Below, in pieces: positions 28,764 to 39,445 of a DNA stretch of 64,000 bases. Both the position numbers and the translations under genes were made by a program. The stretch's first letter is position 1, and every line of letters begins with the position of its first letter. The notes under the pieces were generated by a model that saw only the letters and a program-made list of their open reading frames with translations, had not been told where the DNA came from and searched no databases. The stretch is from contig JBAYFP010000002.1 in assembly GCA_041667145.1 (NCBI GenBank), forward strand, positions 14,436 through 78,435, in the 5' to 3' direction. This DNA comes from Minisyncoccota bacterium (GTDB taxonomy: Bacteria; Patescibacteriota; Minisyncoccia; Phycocordibacterales; UBA9973).

Positions 28764-31043
28764 CTATTTCGCAATTGCGACTGCGTCGTCGAGTTTTACG
28801 GATAGAAGTTTAGAAGCACCGTCATTACCTATCGTGACACCATACAAAATGCCCGCTCGAGACATTGTTTCTCTATTGTGAGTAACGACAATAAGTTGAG
28901 AATGATGGGATAACTTTTCCAACATATCCCCATATTTACGAGAATTCGCTTCGTCGAGTGCAGCATCCGTCTCATCTAAAACCAAAAATGGAGGTGGGTT
29001 TACTTGCGACATTGCAAAAAGAAGAGCAATAGATGTAAGGGACCTTTCTCCCCCTGAAAGTGCATTAAGTTCTTTTACCTTTTTATGTGGTAGAGAAACA
29101 TTAATATCGATACCTTGTTCAAAGACTATCTCTGATTCAGTAGAATCATCCCGAGCATCTTCGAGGGATTCATCTGCTTTTTTCTTTTTATTCTCAACAA
29201 CTACAGAAAGATGTGCTTCCCCGCCTCCAAACATTAATGAAAAGAAATTATTAAATTCAACATTTATTTTTTTAACACCTTCTTTAAATTCAACATCGAT
29301 CTTCTCTTTTAAATCTGCCATAAGCGTACGAAGTGACTCTATACTTTTTGCTAAATCTTCCATTTCTTTAGCAAGAAAATTATCCCTTTGTGTTACCTCT
29401 TCGAATTCTTTTATGACTTCAGACCCTCCACCCGATCCAATGTCTTCTAATTTTATTTTAATACGTTCTATTTTTCTTCTTAATTCTTCCTGTAAATTCT
29501 TATCAATTTGTTCATTCACTTCAAAATTCCTATAAGAAAATATATCACTACCAATCAAAGCTCCACCTTCTTTTATTTCATTTTCAAAGGCCTCTGTCTC
29601 TTTTGACAAACTTTCTTCTTTTATTGAAATAAGCTCTAAAGCAGAAGATAGTTCTTGATGCTTTACTCTGAAATTAAATTTTTCCTTTTCTTTTATATGT
29701 AGAGCTTCATTTTCTTGTGTGATTTCATTTTTTAATTCCGTTATTTTTTCTATAATCTTACTTTCTTCATTTTCTACATTCTGCATCTCAGCCATAATTT
29801 CTTGTTGGTTTTTCTTCAACATCAAATTTTCAGAAGATATAGTTTCTGAATGGTCTGGCTGGGAGAGGGACCCGGGGAACCGAGGACCTGAAGAAACTAT
29901 GCCTTCTGAAAATTCTTTTAAAATATCTTTAATCCTCAAAAGGATATATTTTATTTCTGCTATGTTTTCTTCAGAAATAGCCAAATCTATTTCTGAATTA
30001 ATTTCATTAAATACTTCTTTTATTTCTCCAGGATTTTTTACCACGATTTCAACTTCGGATGTTTTTTGACTTCTCCTTTCCTCCATTTCTATCATTCCCT
30101 CGATTCTTCCCAATTTACGTCCTATTTCATTTTTGACTGAACGAATTTCGCTAACTTTTTTTTCAAAGTTTTTTAATTCCTTTTCTTTTTCACTTTCTTC
30201 TTTTCTATCTGTTTCCTCAACATCAAAAATCTTTGTTTTGATACTTTCTAATTCTACTAAAATCTTATTTCTTTCTACTTGCAGATTAGATTTTTCTTTT
30301 TCCAAATACACACTTTCTTTCTTTAGATACTCTTTATAAATGGATAAAAGTGTTACCTGCATTTCTTTGGCTTTTTCAAATTTATCTACTTGTTTTTTAA
30401 GAAAATTGAGATGTGGAGCGTTCTCTCGACGCAAAAGTGACACTTCTTTCATATTGTTAGTGGTCCTCTCCAATTTTCGTTGAGATTCTTTTATTTTATA
30501 TTGATATATTTTAAGTCCAAGAGCATCTTCTACCATTTCTCTTTTATCTTTAGAATTTGCATTTAAAATCCTGTCTGCTTCACCCTGAGAAATGATATGA
30601 TGACCCGAAGAACCTATATTTACCGAAGCTAAAAGATTATTAATGTCTTTTAGTCTTACTTCAGCGCCATTTAAGATATACTTATTCAACCCATCAGAAT
30701 AGACCTCACGAGAAATCGAAATAACATCATAATTTAAATTAATATTTTCTCCCGTTTCATTTGAAAGTTTAAAAACTTTATCAGAGTTGTCAAAATAAAT
30801 CGTAACTGTCGCACGAGAGCTTTTAGGTAAATTCTTAGATCCTTTAAAAATCAAATCAGAACCAGAAGACCCTCGCATCGATTTGATAGACTGTTCACCC
30901 AACACGAAACGAAGTGCTTCTACTACGTTTGATTTACCAGACCCATTAGGTCCTACGATAGAAACAATAGGATTTTGAAATTCTAAAACAGTTTTTTTAG
31001 AAAATGATTTAAAGCCATTTATCTCAAGATTCTTCAATCGCAT
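28764..31043 (-). CDS. smc: SMC-family chromosome segregation ATPase (short form)
   Basis: N-terminal Walker A VGPNGSGKSNVVEALRFVLGEQS, a long coiled coil, and the C-terminal signature LSGGERSLTSIALLFA...LVLDETDAALD. It is 759 aa. It contains a GC-rich insertion at 29855-29893. Confidence 0.8.
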   Translation of the reverse strand: MRLKNLEINGFKSFSKKTVLEFQNPIVSIVGPNGSGKSNVVEALRFVLGEQSIKSMRGSSGSDLIFKGSKNLPKSSRATVTIYFDNSDKVFKLSNETGENINLNYDVISISREVYSDGLNKYILNGAEVRLKDINNLLASVNIGSSGHHIISQGEADRILNANSKDKREMVEDALGLKIYQYKIKESQRKLERTTNNMKEVSLLRRENAPHLNFLKKQVDKFEKAKEMQVTLLSIYKEYLKKESVYLEKEKSNLQVERNKILVELESIKTKIFDVEETDRKEESEKEKELKNFEKKVSEIRSVKNEIGRKLGRIEGMIEMEERRSQKTSEVEIVVKNPGEIKEVFNEINSEIDLAISEENIAEIKYILLRIKDILKEFSEGIVSSGPRFPGSLSQPDHSETISSENLMLKKNQQEIMAEMQNVENEESKIIEKITELKNEITQENEALHIKEKEKFNFRVKHQELSSALELISIKEESLSKETEAFENEIKEGGALIGSDIFSYRNFEVNEQIDKNLQEELRRKIERIKIKLEDIGSGGGSEVIKEFEEVTQRDNFLAKEMEDLAKSIESLRTLMADLKEKIDVEFKEGVKKINVEFNNFFSLMFGGGEAHLSVVVENKKKKADESLEDARDDSTESEIVFEQGIDINVSLPHKKVKELNALSGGERSLTSIALLFAMSQVNPPPFLVLDETDAALDEANSRKYGDMLEKLSHHSQLIVVTHNRETMSRAGILYGVTIGNDGASKLLSVKLDDAVAIAK
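29855..29893. repeat. GC-rich element inside smc; shares the 13-mer ccgaggacctgaa with a pheT element (39171-39204)
   Basis: ctggctgggagagggacccggggaaccgaggacctgaag encodes SSGPRFPGSLSQPD. The shared 13-mer is read as SGPR in smc but as QVLG in pheT. Confidence 0.65.
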
Positions 31044-31044
31044 A

Positions 31045-31740
31045 TTATTCCATCCAATTCTTTATTTTTAATGCCATTTCAGCTGCTTTTTGTTCTGCTT
31101 CTTGTTTTGATTTTCCCTTTCCCTCTGCTATCAAATCGGCACCAAAAAAAATACCCACTGTAAAATGTCTATCATGGTCAGGGCCTGATTCATGTAAAAC
31201 CTTATAAGAAGGAGTAACGCCAACAAATTCCTGGACTTTTTCTTGTATTAAACTTTTCGCATCACGCCAAAGTTTCTTTGAAACAATTTCTTCAGTATGT
31301 GGCAAAAGAGTCATTGCAATAAACTTATTTGCAACATTATATCCTTGATCCAAAAAAACAGCCCCGACATATGCTTCATAAGTGTTTGCCAAAATATACT
31401 GTCTCGCTTTCCCGTTATCTTTAGCTTCACCTTTTGATAAAAGCAAAAAATTATTCATCCCTATTTTAGAAGCAACTTCAGAAATTATGATGGCATTTAC
31501 TAAAGCTGAACGAATCGCTGTCAATTCTCCTTCTGTATAATTTGGATATTTTTTATAAAGAAAATCAGTGACAATAAGCTCTAGTACAGCATCTCCTAAA
31601 AATTCTAAGCGCTCATTATGGGAAAGTATAGAACCGGTGTTCTCGTTAATATAAGAACGGTGAATAAAAGCCTGTTTTAATAAGTCTTTATTTTTAAAAG
31701 TCACTTTTGTATTTTTTTCAAAATCTGAAAATTGAATCAT
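31045..31740 (-). CDS. rnc: ribonuclease III
   Basis: ERLEFLGDAVLELIVTDFLY is the RNase III signature. There is a C-terminal dsRBD. Confidence 0.9.
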   Translation of the reverse strand: MIQFSDFEKNTKVTFKNKDLLKQAFIHRSYINENTGSILSHNERLEFLGDAVLELIVTDFLYKKYPNYTEGELTAIRSALVNAIIISEVASKIGMNNFLLLSKGEAKDNGKARQYILANTYEAYVGAVFLDQGYNVANKFIAMTLLPHTEEIVSKKLWRDAKSLIQEKVQEFVGVTPSYKVLHESGPDHDRHFTVGIFFGADLIAEGKGKSKQEAEQKAAEMALKIKNWME

Positions 31741-31762
31741 ATTTATGCCGCCATGGCGGTGA

Positions 31763-32683
31763 CTACTTTTTGCTAATTATTTCTATTGCTTTTGTAATAA
31801 GTGGAATAATATCATTATAGATGCGAAGTTCTGGAATCTCTGAGAGTTGGAACCACCTAGCATTATCTAACCCACCAGAAGCTCCAAGCACTAATTCATG
31901 ATATTCACTCTCTGCTAAAAAATATACTACTTTCTTTAAGGTTTTGCCATTCTCCGGGTGAGTAGCCACATATTCATTTTCTCCGATTTTTTCTTTAATA
32001 GAAATATCTAGCCCAATTTCTTCTTTTATTTTTTTAATCGTTCCACTTTCTACATTTTCTCCTTCTTCTATTCTACCTTTAGATAAGGTCCAATAACCAA
32101 AAACATCATGCACAAGAGCAAATAACGTATTTCCATCTTTTTTTGAATATATGAGTGCTCCACCTAATTTCTCAACTGGCAGTTTTGTAATGTCTAATGG
32201 TTCTTCTGCTTTTTTCTTTTTACTTATCTGTTCTTTACCCGGCTCACCTATTTCTTTATAGACTGCCCCTAAAACTCCATTCACAAATTTGCTAGAATTT
32301 TCTCCACCAAAAGTCTTTGCTAATTCTATGGCTTCATTGATGGCTACTTTAGGGGGCACTTCTTTTCTATCACCAAAAAGGAGCTCTGTTAAACCAATTC
32401 TTAAAATATTCCTATCCACAACAGATATTTTATCAAGTGGCCAATCTGGTGCTGCTTTTCTAATTATTTCATCGATTACTCCACAGTTTTTCAAAACTTC
32501 TTTTACAAGCATAAATACAAAAACATCATCCTCTAGTCCAGGAGCAAATTCTTTTAAATTTCTATTGAGAGCTTCTTTTGTTTTTTCTTCAGTCCAAGAA
32601 CTGACTCCTTCATTTGAAGTCATAAAATCCCACTCAAAAAGCGTTTGGAGTACTATTGATCTTGAAAGGTGCCTATTTGCCAT
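31763..32683 (-). CDS. nusB: fusion of NusB-like antitermination domain (N-terminal) and NUDIX hydrolase domain (C-terminal)
   Basis: [13 protein letters not shown]...[22 protein letters not shown] is NusB. After it comes [18 protein letters not shown]...[22 protein letters not shown], a Nudix box (GX5EX7REUXEEXGU). Confidence 0.75.
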   Translation of the reverse strand: MANRHLSRSIVLQTLFEWDFMTSNEGVSSWTEEKTKEALNRNLKEFAPGLEDDVFVFMLVKEVLKNCGVIDEIIRKAAPDWPLDKISVVDRNILRIGLTELLFGDRKEVPPKVAINEAIELAKTFGGENSSKFVNGVLGAVYKEIGEPGKEQISKKKKAEEPLDITKLPVEKLGGALIYSKKDGNTLFALVHDVFGYWTLSKGRIEEGENVESGTIKKIKEEIGLDISIKEKIGENEYVATHPENGKTLKKVVYFLAESEYHELVLGASGGLDNARWFQLSEIPELRIYNDIIPLITKAIEIISKK

Positions 32684-32754
32684 AAATTAATGAACGAAGC
32701 GAATATAATTTATGAGCAATCCCATAGACGCTTGCGTCCTTTGGAATGCCATGA

Positions 32755-32979
32755 TTATTTTTCTGCTTTTTTAGCTTTTTCTTTCTTTTGCTTCTTTTCC
32801 ATCTTTTTTACTAAATCCAACACTTTTATACCACGGTAAAAACCGCAAGATGAACAAACTGTATGCTTTTTCTTAAAATTTGAACAATTCTCGCATTTAG
32901 TAAGACCTGTACTCATCAATGCATGATGGGAACGTCGATTTGCTGTATGCGATTTTGTATGTCTCATTCGTACTACCAT
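32755..32979 (-). CDS. rpmF: 50S ribosomal protein L32 (zinc-ribbon type)
   Basis: MVVRMRHTKSHTANRRSHHAL..., followed by CENCSNF...CSSCG. Confidence 0.8.
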   Translation of the reverse strand: MVVRMRHTKSHTANRRSHHALMSTGLTKCENCSNFKKKHTVCSSCGFYRGIKVLDLVKKMEKKQKKEKAKKAEK

Positions 32980-33114
32980 AATGGGTTTATGTTAGCATGA
33001 AAATTAAGCAAAGGCAATTTTTCCTCGGGTCCTCGAGGCAGAGCCCCAGACCAGCTCGAAAAAACTCCTTTGTTTAATTTTCATCAAATAAAAAAATATG
33101 ATACTATAAGATAT

Positions 33115-34860
33115 ATGTCAGAAACTGATAAATTACACAATCTAAGACACTCACTGGCACACCTTTTAGCAGCTGCTGTTTTGGAAATGTACCCAGATAC
33201 AAAAAACACTATCGGTCCTTCTATAGAAGATGGTTTTTATTACGACTTTGAATTTAAAGAACCTATTTCTGATAAAGATTTACCAAAAATTGAAAAGAAA
33301 ATGAAAGAGATTTTAAAATCCTGGAAACAATTTGAAGGTATTGAAAAGACAGAAAAGGAAGCAAAAGAATATTTCTCAAAAAACGAATACAAATTAGAAC
33401 TTATAGATGAAATTACTGGCAAAGGTGAAAAAATAACCTTTTACACATGTGGAGCTTTTACGGACCTTTGTCGAGGTGGACATCTAGAAAATCCAAGCAA
33501 AGAAATATCATCCGACTGTTTTAAGCTCGATCGCGTAGCCGGAGCATATTGGCGTGGAAATGAAAAAAACAAAATGCTTACCCGCATCTATGGACTAGCT
33601 TTTGAAAATAAAGAGGAATTAGAGAAATATATAAACCAAAGAGAAGAAGCTAAAAAAAGAGACCATAAGAAAATCGGCAAAGACTTAGATCTCTTCACAT
33701 TCTCTGAATTAGTTGGTTCTGGCCTTCCTCTCTGGACGCCAAAAGGCACACTAATAAGAAATCTTTTAGACGATTACGTTTGGGAACTTCGTAAACAATA
33801 TGGATACATGAAAGTAGAAATTCCACATATTACTAAAAAGGATTTATATATAACAAGTGGACATTGGGATAAATTTAAAGATGAACTTTTTCGCATAACA
33901 ACACGTGAGGGTCATGAATTTGCAATGAAACCAATGAATTGTCCTCATCATACACAAATCTACGCCAGAAAAGCATGGAGTTATCAAGAACTTCCACAAA
34001 GATATGCTAATACAACTACATGTTATCGTGATGAACAGTCAGGGGAATTAGCAGGGCTATCAAGAGTTCGTTCTTTTGCACAAGATGACGCTCATGTTTT
34101 CTGCAGAATGGAACAAACAAAAAATGAATTTCTAAAGATATGGGATATAGTATATGATTTCTATAAAGTTTTTGGTTTTAAACTACAAGTAAGACTTTCA
34201 ACCCATGATCCAAAATATATGGAGAAATATTTAGGAGAAGAAGAAAAATGGCAAGAGGCTGAAAATATACTTAGAGATATAATAAAAGAAAAAAAAGTAG
34301 AAGCAATAGACGGATTAGGGGAAGCAGCATTTTATGGACCAAAATTAGATTTTATGGCAAAAGATTCTTTGGGACGAGAATGGCAAGTCGCCACAATTCA
34401 ACTTGATATGAATATGCCTGAGCGTTTTGATCTAAGTTGCACAAGTGAAAAAGGAACAAAAGAAAGAATAGTAATGCTCCACGCTGCTATCATGGGTTCT
34501 ATTGAAAGATTTATGTCTATCCTAATAGAACATACAGCTGGCAATTTCCCTCTTTGGCTTTCTCCTGTACAAGTAAAAGTGATTCCTGTCAGAGAAAATC
34601 ATAATGAATATGCGAAAAAGATTTTTAATTTATTAAAAGAAAATAATATTCGTGCAGAGCTTGATGATAAAGGAGCAAATCTCGGTGGAAAAGTTCGCGA
34701 TGCTAAGAATAACAAAATCCCTTATTGGATCGTCATTGGAGATAAAGAAATAGAAGCAAATAAAATTACCTTAGAATCTCGCGATGCTGGTCAACTTGGT
34801 CAAATTTTGCAAGAAGAACTCCTAGAAAAATTCAATAAGGAAATTAGAGAGAAAAAGTAA
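33115..34860 (+). CDS. thrS: threonyl-tRNA synthetase
   Basis: HSLAHLLAAAVLEMYP (second additional domain), class II motifs and a C-terminal anticodon-binding domain. The ORF track starts at TTG 33070; I prefer the ATG at 33115. Confidence 0.88.
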   Translation: MSETDKLHNLRHSLAHLLAAAVLEMYPDTKNTIGPSIEDGFYYDFEFKEPISDKDLPKIEKKMKEILKSWKQFEGIEKTEKEAKEYFSKNEYKLELIDEITGKGEKITFYTCGAFTDLCRGGHLENPSKEISSDCFKLDRVAGAYWRGNEKNKMLTRIYGLAFENKEELEKYINQREEAKKRDHKKIGKDLDLFTFSELVGSGLPLWTPKGTLIRNLLDDYVWELRKQYGYMKVEIPHITKKDLYITSGHWDKFKDELFRITTREGHEFAMKPMNCPHHTQIYARKAWSYQELPQRYANTTTCYRDEQSGELAGLSRVRSFAQDDAHVFCRMEQTKNEFLKIWDIVYDFYKVFGFKLQVRLSTHDPKYMEKYLGEEEKWQEAENILRDIIKEKKVEAIDGLGEAAFYGPKLDFMAKDSLGREWQVATIQLDMNMPERFDLSCTSEKGTKERIVMLHAAIMGSIERFMSILIEHTAGNFPLWLSPVQVKVIPVRENHNEYAKKIFNLLKENNIRAELDDKGANLGGKVRDAKNNKIPYWIVIGDKEIEANKITLESRDAGQLGQILQEELLEKFNKEIREKK

Positions 34861-34881
34861 AATAATACAACTATTATTTTT

Positions 34882-35460
34882 ATGGAAGAAAAAAGTGAAG
34901 AGTTAAAGAAAATTCATGAAAAATGGTTCGTGAATTGCAAATGTGAGCTTAAAAAAACAGCTATTCAGCCCGTTCCTGGAGATGGTAGCCCTGTTTCAGA
35001 AATAGTATTTATAGGTGAAGCTCCAGGCAAAGAAGAAGACAAACAGGGTAGACCGTTTGTCGGAGCTGCTGGAAAATTTTTAGCAGAAATGCTAGAGAAT
35101 ATTAAATTAAAAAGAGAGGAAATTTATATAACAAACATCGTAAAATATCGTCCACCAAATAATCGCGATCCCCTTCCAGAAGAAAAAGATGCTTGTCGAG
35201 AATGGCTCATAGAAGAATTAAATTTAATCAATCCTAAGCTTATAGTATTTCTAGGTAGACATTCTATGAACGATTTCTTCCCTCTTGAAAAGATTTCAAG
35301 CGTTCATGGGAAATTATTGATAAAGAAATTTAATCATATAAATACAAGACATTTTCTTCCTCTTTATCATCCAGCCGCCGCACTTTACAATGGTGGTATG
35401 CGAGAAACCTTGATGGAAGATTTTAACAAAATCCCAAAAATTTTAGAGAAAATAAAATAA
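34882..35460 (+). CDS. uracil-DNA glycosylase, family 4 (Fe-S type)
   Basis: [23 protein letters not shown] is the family-4 motif. Cys residues are at C19/C21 and C105. Confidence 0.75.
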   Translation: MEEKSEELKKIHEKWFVNCKCELKKTAIQPVPGDGSPVSEIVFIGEAPGKEEDKQGRPFVGAAGKFLAEMLENIKLKREEIYITNIVKYRPPNNRDPLPEEKDACREWLIEELNLINPKLIVFLGRHSMNDFFPLEKISSVHGKLLIKKFNHINTRHFLPLYHPAAALYNGGMRETLMEDFNKIPKILEKIK

Positions 35461-35465
35461 ATATT

Positions 35466-37547
35466 TTAGATATCAATCTCTGCTAATTTGGCATTGGATT
35501 GAATGAATGATTTTCTTGGAGGAACTTCCGAGCCCATAAGAATTTCAAAAACTTTATTAGCTTCTTCAGCATCTTCTATATTTACTTTTTTGAGAATACG
35601 ATTGGCTGGATCCATTGTCGTCTCCCAAAGCTCTTCTGGATTCATTTCTCCGAGACCTTTATAACGTTGAATATGTATCTTATTTGATTTTGCTTTTTCT
35701 TCGACAGGTTCAGAACCTTCAGCTTCTTCTCCTTCGACAAGTTCGGTTCCTTCAACTTCTTGTATTTCGCTCACATCTTTTTCTTTTCCAATAATTTTTA
35801 CTTTTTCTTCATCCGAATAAGCATAATTAATTTCTTTGCCTTTTTTTATTTTATAAAGAGGGGGTTGAGCAATATAGATGTACCCTGCATCCACAACTTG
35901 TCTAAAGTATCTGTAAAAAAGAGTAAGAAGAAGCGTACGAATATGCGCACCGTCGACATCAGCATCTGTCGCGATAATTATTTTATGATAACGCATTTTG
36001 GAAAGATCAAAAGTATCTCCAATAGATGTACCCATAGCTATGACAAGAGCTCGCACTTCTTTTGAAGCAAGCATCTTATCTATGCGAGCACGTTCAACAT
36101 TTAAAATCTTTCCACGAAGAGGAAGAATAGCTTGAGTACGTCTATCTCTTCCCTGCTTTGCTGAACCACCTGCTGAATCTCCCTCTACTAAAAACAATTC
36201 AGATTCTTCTGCACTTTTACTTTGACAATCTGCCAATTTACCAGGAAGCGTCATTCCCTCAAGGGCGCCTTTGCGAAGTACAGAATCTTTTGCTGCTTTA
36301 GCTGCCTTACGAGCCTTCAGGGCAAGAATGGATTTATTGATTATCGCTTTTGCTTCATCTGGATTTTCCTCTAAAAAGCTTGCAAAAGCTTCTCCAAACA
36401 CAGTACCGACAGCACCTTGAGCCTCCATAGAACCCAATTTCGCTTTTGTCTGACCTTCAAATTGTATTTCTCGAAGCTTTACAGAAATGACGCATGTCAA
36501 ACCTTCCAATACGTCATCACCTGTGAATCCCCCTTCTGACTCTTTCATCATCTCATTCTTTTTACAGTAAGTATTGAGTGTACGAGTGAGAGCAGTTTTA
36601 AAACCAGTCACATGTGTACCACCTTCTCCAGTATAAATATTGTTTGCAAAAGGAATTATTCTGTCTACAATGTCATCTACATATTGCAAAGCTATTTCCA
36701 CTCCAACGTTGTCTAATTCTTTCTCAACATAAAAAATACTGCTGTGTAATGGCTTTTGAAATTTGTTGTAATATTTTACTAGAGAAATTAATCCACCTTC
36801 AAAATAAAAAGAAGTAGACGGCAATTCTAAACCAAGATCTCTAAAATAAAAGACATCTGAATCATCAAGCCCTTTTTTGTTATCCCATCCTCTAGCATCT
36901 ATTATTGAAACTTTTAATTTCTTGACTAAATAAGCTTGCTGGCGAATATGGTTCACCACAGTATTTAAATCAAATTTAATATCTTTAAAGATTTCTTGAT
37001 CTGGCTCAAAAGTGATGATAGTACCTTGCAATTTTGAAGAGCCAATTTTCTTTACAGACGCTTTTTTCTTCCCCTGAGAATATTCTTGCACATATCTGCC
37101 ACCATCTTTGTGTACTTCTGCTTTACAATAAATAGAAAGTGCATTTACAACAGACGCACCTACCCCATGAAGACCTCCAGAAACTTTATACCCTTCTCCA
37201 CCAAATTTTCCTCCAGCGTGAAGAGTCGTCATCACAGTTTCTAGTGCAGAGACTTTTGTTTTCTTGTGAATATCAATAGGGATACCTCGGCCATTGTCGG
37301 CGACACGTATGCGATTGTTTGGTAAAAGAACAACTTCAATGTCATCACAAAAACCACCCATGGCTTCATCGCGTGAGTTATCAAAAATTTCCCAAATTAA
37401 ATGATGCAATCCTTCAGGGCCAGTAGTCCCTATATACATTCCTGGACGACGTCTGACAGGATCAAGTCCTTCCAAGACCGAAATATCACTGGCATCATAA
37501 TGATGCCCATTTCCAGCATCTTTTTTAGCTTCTTTTTCTTTAGCCAT
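35466..37547 (-). CDS. gyrB: DNA gyrase subunit B
   Basis: GHKL ATPase motifs (HHLIWEIFDNSRDEAMGG; GLHGVGASVVNALS), a TOPRIM domain (EGDSAGGSAKQGRDR), and the GyrB-type C-terminus ...RKSFIQSNAKLAEIDI. Confidence 0.88.
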   Translation of the reverse strand: MAKEKEAKKDAGNGHHYDASDISVLEGLDPVRRRPGMYIGTTGPEGLHHLIWEIFDNSRDEAMGGFCDDIEVVLLPNNRIRVADNGRGIPIDIHKKTKVSALETVMTTLHAGGKFGGEGYKVSGGLHGVGASVVNALSIYCKAEVHKDGGRYVQEYSQGKKKASVKKIGSSKLQGTIITFEPDQEIFKDIKFDLNTVVNHIRQQAYLVKKLKVSIIDARGWDNKKGLDDSDVFYFRDLGLELPSTSFYFEGGLISLVKYYNKFQKPLHSSIFYVEKELDNVGVEIALQYVDDIVDRIIPFANNIYTGEGGTHVTGFKTALTRTLNTYCKKNEMMKESEGGFTGDDVLEGLTCVISVKLREIQFEGQTKAKLGSMEAQGAVGTVFGEAFASFLEENPDEAKAIINKSILALKARKAAKAAKDSVLRKGALEGMTLPGKLADCQSKSAEESELFLVEGDSAGGSAKQGRDRRTQAILPLRGKILNVERARIDKMLASKEVRALVIAMGTSIGDTFDLSKMRYHKIIIATDADVDGAHIRTLLLTLFYRYFRQVVDAGYIYIAQPPLYKIKKGKEINYAYSDEEKVKIIGKEKDVSEIQEVEGTELVEGEEAEGSEPVEEKAKSNKIHIQRYKGLGEMNPEELWETTMDPANRILKKVNIEDAEEANKVFEILMGSEVPPRKSFIQSNAKLAEIDI

Positions 37548-37569
37548 TATTAGTTAATTATATCAGAAA

Positions 37570-39441
37570 CTATCTTACTTGCCAATCATTTTTCTCCTTG
37601 ATTTTATTGGTTATTTTAGTCATAATTTCGTTTATTTCATCGTCAGTAAGAGTCCTTTCATAAGATTGGAAAACTAGCCTAAAAGCATACGAAGTCTTAC
37701 TATCTTTAGTGAAAGAATCAAAAAGATATGGCTCCTTAATTAAAAGTTCTGTACCATTTTCTATAAGTATCTTCTTCAATTCTTTCACATTCCCTCCTTC
37801 CGGCATCCAGACAGCAATATCACGAGAAATAAAAGGATAAATTGACCAAGGAAGAAATTTATTCCCCTCTTGAGGGGTGACGCCTGCGCCGGGGTGGATA
37901 TATTTTCCACCTCCCCCTAAAGGGTACTCCTCAAGAAGAGAATCTTTACAAAATTCGTTGAGTGTCATTTCTTTTATTTCTTTTTTATCTCCATAAGCGA
38001 CATGCATTTCTTCCCCACTTTTCTTGAACACAGTACCTATTTCAAAAATCTTTATTTCTTTCATTTCAAGAAGTGGTAAATTGATCTGATTTAATTTCAA
38101 GCTTTCTTTTAATCCATCAGTCAGATTTGTTCTTAAAAACTTTTTATCCGACGCAGAAGCCAATACTTCCACTTCCCCTTTATCTTTAAACGAGTAAGTC
38201 ATAACTTCACTATACCCGCTATTTAAAAGCTTACTACGTGTAAAAATAATTTCTGAAAATATTTCATTCATTTTTGTTTTAGTTTTTATTTCAGGCATTT
38301 TTTCTTTAAGCTTGTCATACCCTAAAATTCGAATCACTTCTTCAGTCAAATCATGAGGACCTGTTATATCAATTCTAAAAAAAGGAACTTCAATCTCAAA
38401 TTCGTCTCCTTTCTTTAAATATTTAAAATTTAATTTTTTCCATACATCTTCTATCTCTTTTTGAGAAAAATCAGAACCCAAATGTTTATTTATATAATTT
38501 ACAGAAACAAAAACCTTTTTTTGTTCAACTTTTTTTGGATAAATATCTATGATAGATTCTGCTTCCCCTCCAGCTAATTCAAAAACCAAATCAGTAATGG
38601 CATTCATAGCCATGGTGCAAAGTTCTGGGGTAATTTCATTTTCATATCTCTTCACAGCATCAGTTAAAATATTTATTTTCTTGGAAGTTTTTCTTGTAGA
38701 AGTTTTATCAAAATTTGCCACTTCTATAACTAGATTTTTTGTCTTATCGTCAACCTCAGCCTTTATTCCTCCTTTTATCCCCGCAATGGCTAAAGGAGTT
38801 TTTTCATCCGCAATTACCAAAATCGATTCATCTAAAATGATCTCTTTTTTATCAAGGGTAGTGAGTTTTTCTCCAACTTTTCCATTTCTTACAATTATTT
38901 TTGCACTTTCTAATTTATCTAAATCAAAACAATGAATCGGTTGACCCAAATCAAACATTACAAAATTGGCAGCATCTACAATATTATTTATTGATTTTTG
39001 TCCTATCGCTTCTAATTTTTCCCTTAGCCAATCTGGGCTTTTACTAATTTTTATATTTCTAACAATTCGGCCCATATAACGAAGACACTTATCTGACTGA
39101 ATTTCAATTTTTAAATCTGGGCCAAAATGGCTTTTTGAACGGTCTGGTTGAGCCTGTTCTTTTAAAGAATCCTGCACAGGCGACCCGAGGACCTGAAAAA
39201 AGCCATTTGGCGAGGATATCTTTAAATTAAAAATAGCAGAAATTTCTTTAGCTATCCCGAAATGAGAAAGGCAATCGTGTGCTCTATCTGGAAGAATTTT
39301 AATATCAAAAATAACGTCATCCCCAATCTTTACAATTTCTTCTACTTCAAAAGAGTGAAAAATAATACCCTCAGATAATTTCTCTGGTTCAGGTAATTTT
39401 TCTTTGAAATAATTTTGTAACCAATTATAACTAACTTTCAT
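37570..39441 (-). CDS. pheT: phenylalanyl-tRNA synthetase beta subunit (short form)
   Basis: B3/B4 and B5 domain similarity, adjacent to pheS. It is 623 aa. It contains GC-rich insertions at 37859-37901 and 39171-39204. Confidence 0.8.
   Translation of the reverse strand: MKVSYNWLQNYFKEKLPEPEKLSEGIIFHSFEVEEIVKIGDDVIFDIKILPDRAHDCLSHFGIAKEISAIFNLKISSPNGFFQVLGSPVQDSLKEQAQPDRSKSHFGPDLKIEIQSDKCLRYMGRIVRNIKISKSPDWLREKLEAIGQKSINNIVDAANFVMFDLGQPIHCFDLDKLESAKIIVRNGKVGEKLTTLDKKEIILDESILVIADEKTPLAIAGIKGGIKAEVDDKTKNLVIEVANFDKTSTRKTSKKINILTDAVKRYENEITPELCTMAMNAITDLVFELAGGEAESIIDIYPKKVEQKKVFVSVNYINKHLGSDFSQKEIEDVWKKLNFKYLKKGDEFEIEVPFFRIDITGPHDLTEEVIRILGYDKLKEKMPEIKTKTKMNEIFSEIIFTRSKLLNSGYSEVMTYSFKDKGEVEVLASASDKKFLRTNLTDGLKESLKLNQINLPLLEMKEIKIFEIGTVFKKSGEEMHVAYGDKKEIKEMTLNEFCKDSLLEEYPLGGGGKYIHPGAGVTPQEGNKFLPWSIYPFISRDIAVWMPEGGNVKELKKILIENGTELLIKEPYLFDSFTKDSKTSYAFRLVFQSYERTLTDDEINEIMTKITNKIKEKNDWQVR
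37859..37901. repeat. GC-rich hairpin element inside pheT (tttattcccctcttgaggggtg-N11-ggggtggatat)
   Basis: Same flanks as the trmD copy with a different-length core. It encodes YIHPGAGVTPQEGNK; part of it is read in a different frame than in trmD. Confidence 0.75.
39171..39204. repeat. GC-rich element inside pheT sharing ccgaggacctgaa with the smc element
   Basis: cctgcacaggcgacccgaggacctgaaaaaagcc; an island of ~65% GC inside an AT-rich gene. Confidence 0.6.
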
Positions 39442-39445
39442 TTTT

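Noticed and set aside
33027-33042. Small palindrome cctcgggtcctcgagg between rpmF and thrS as a terminator
   Set aside because: It lies between divergently transcribed genes, i.e. in a promoter region, with no following T-tract. It may be an operator, but there is no support.
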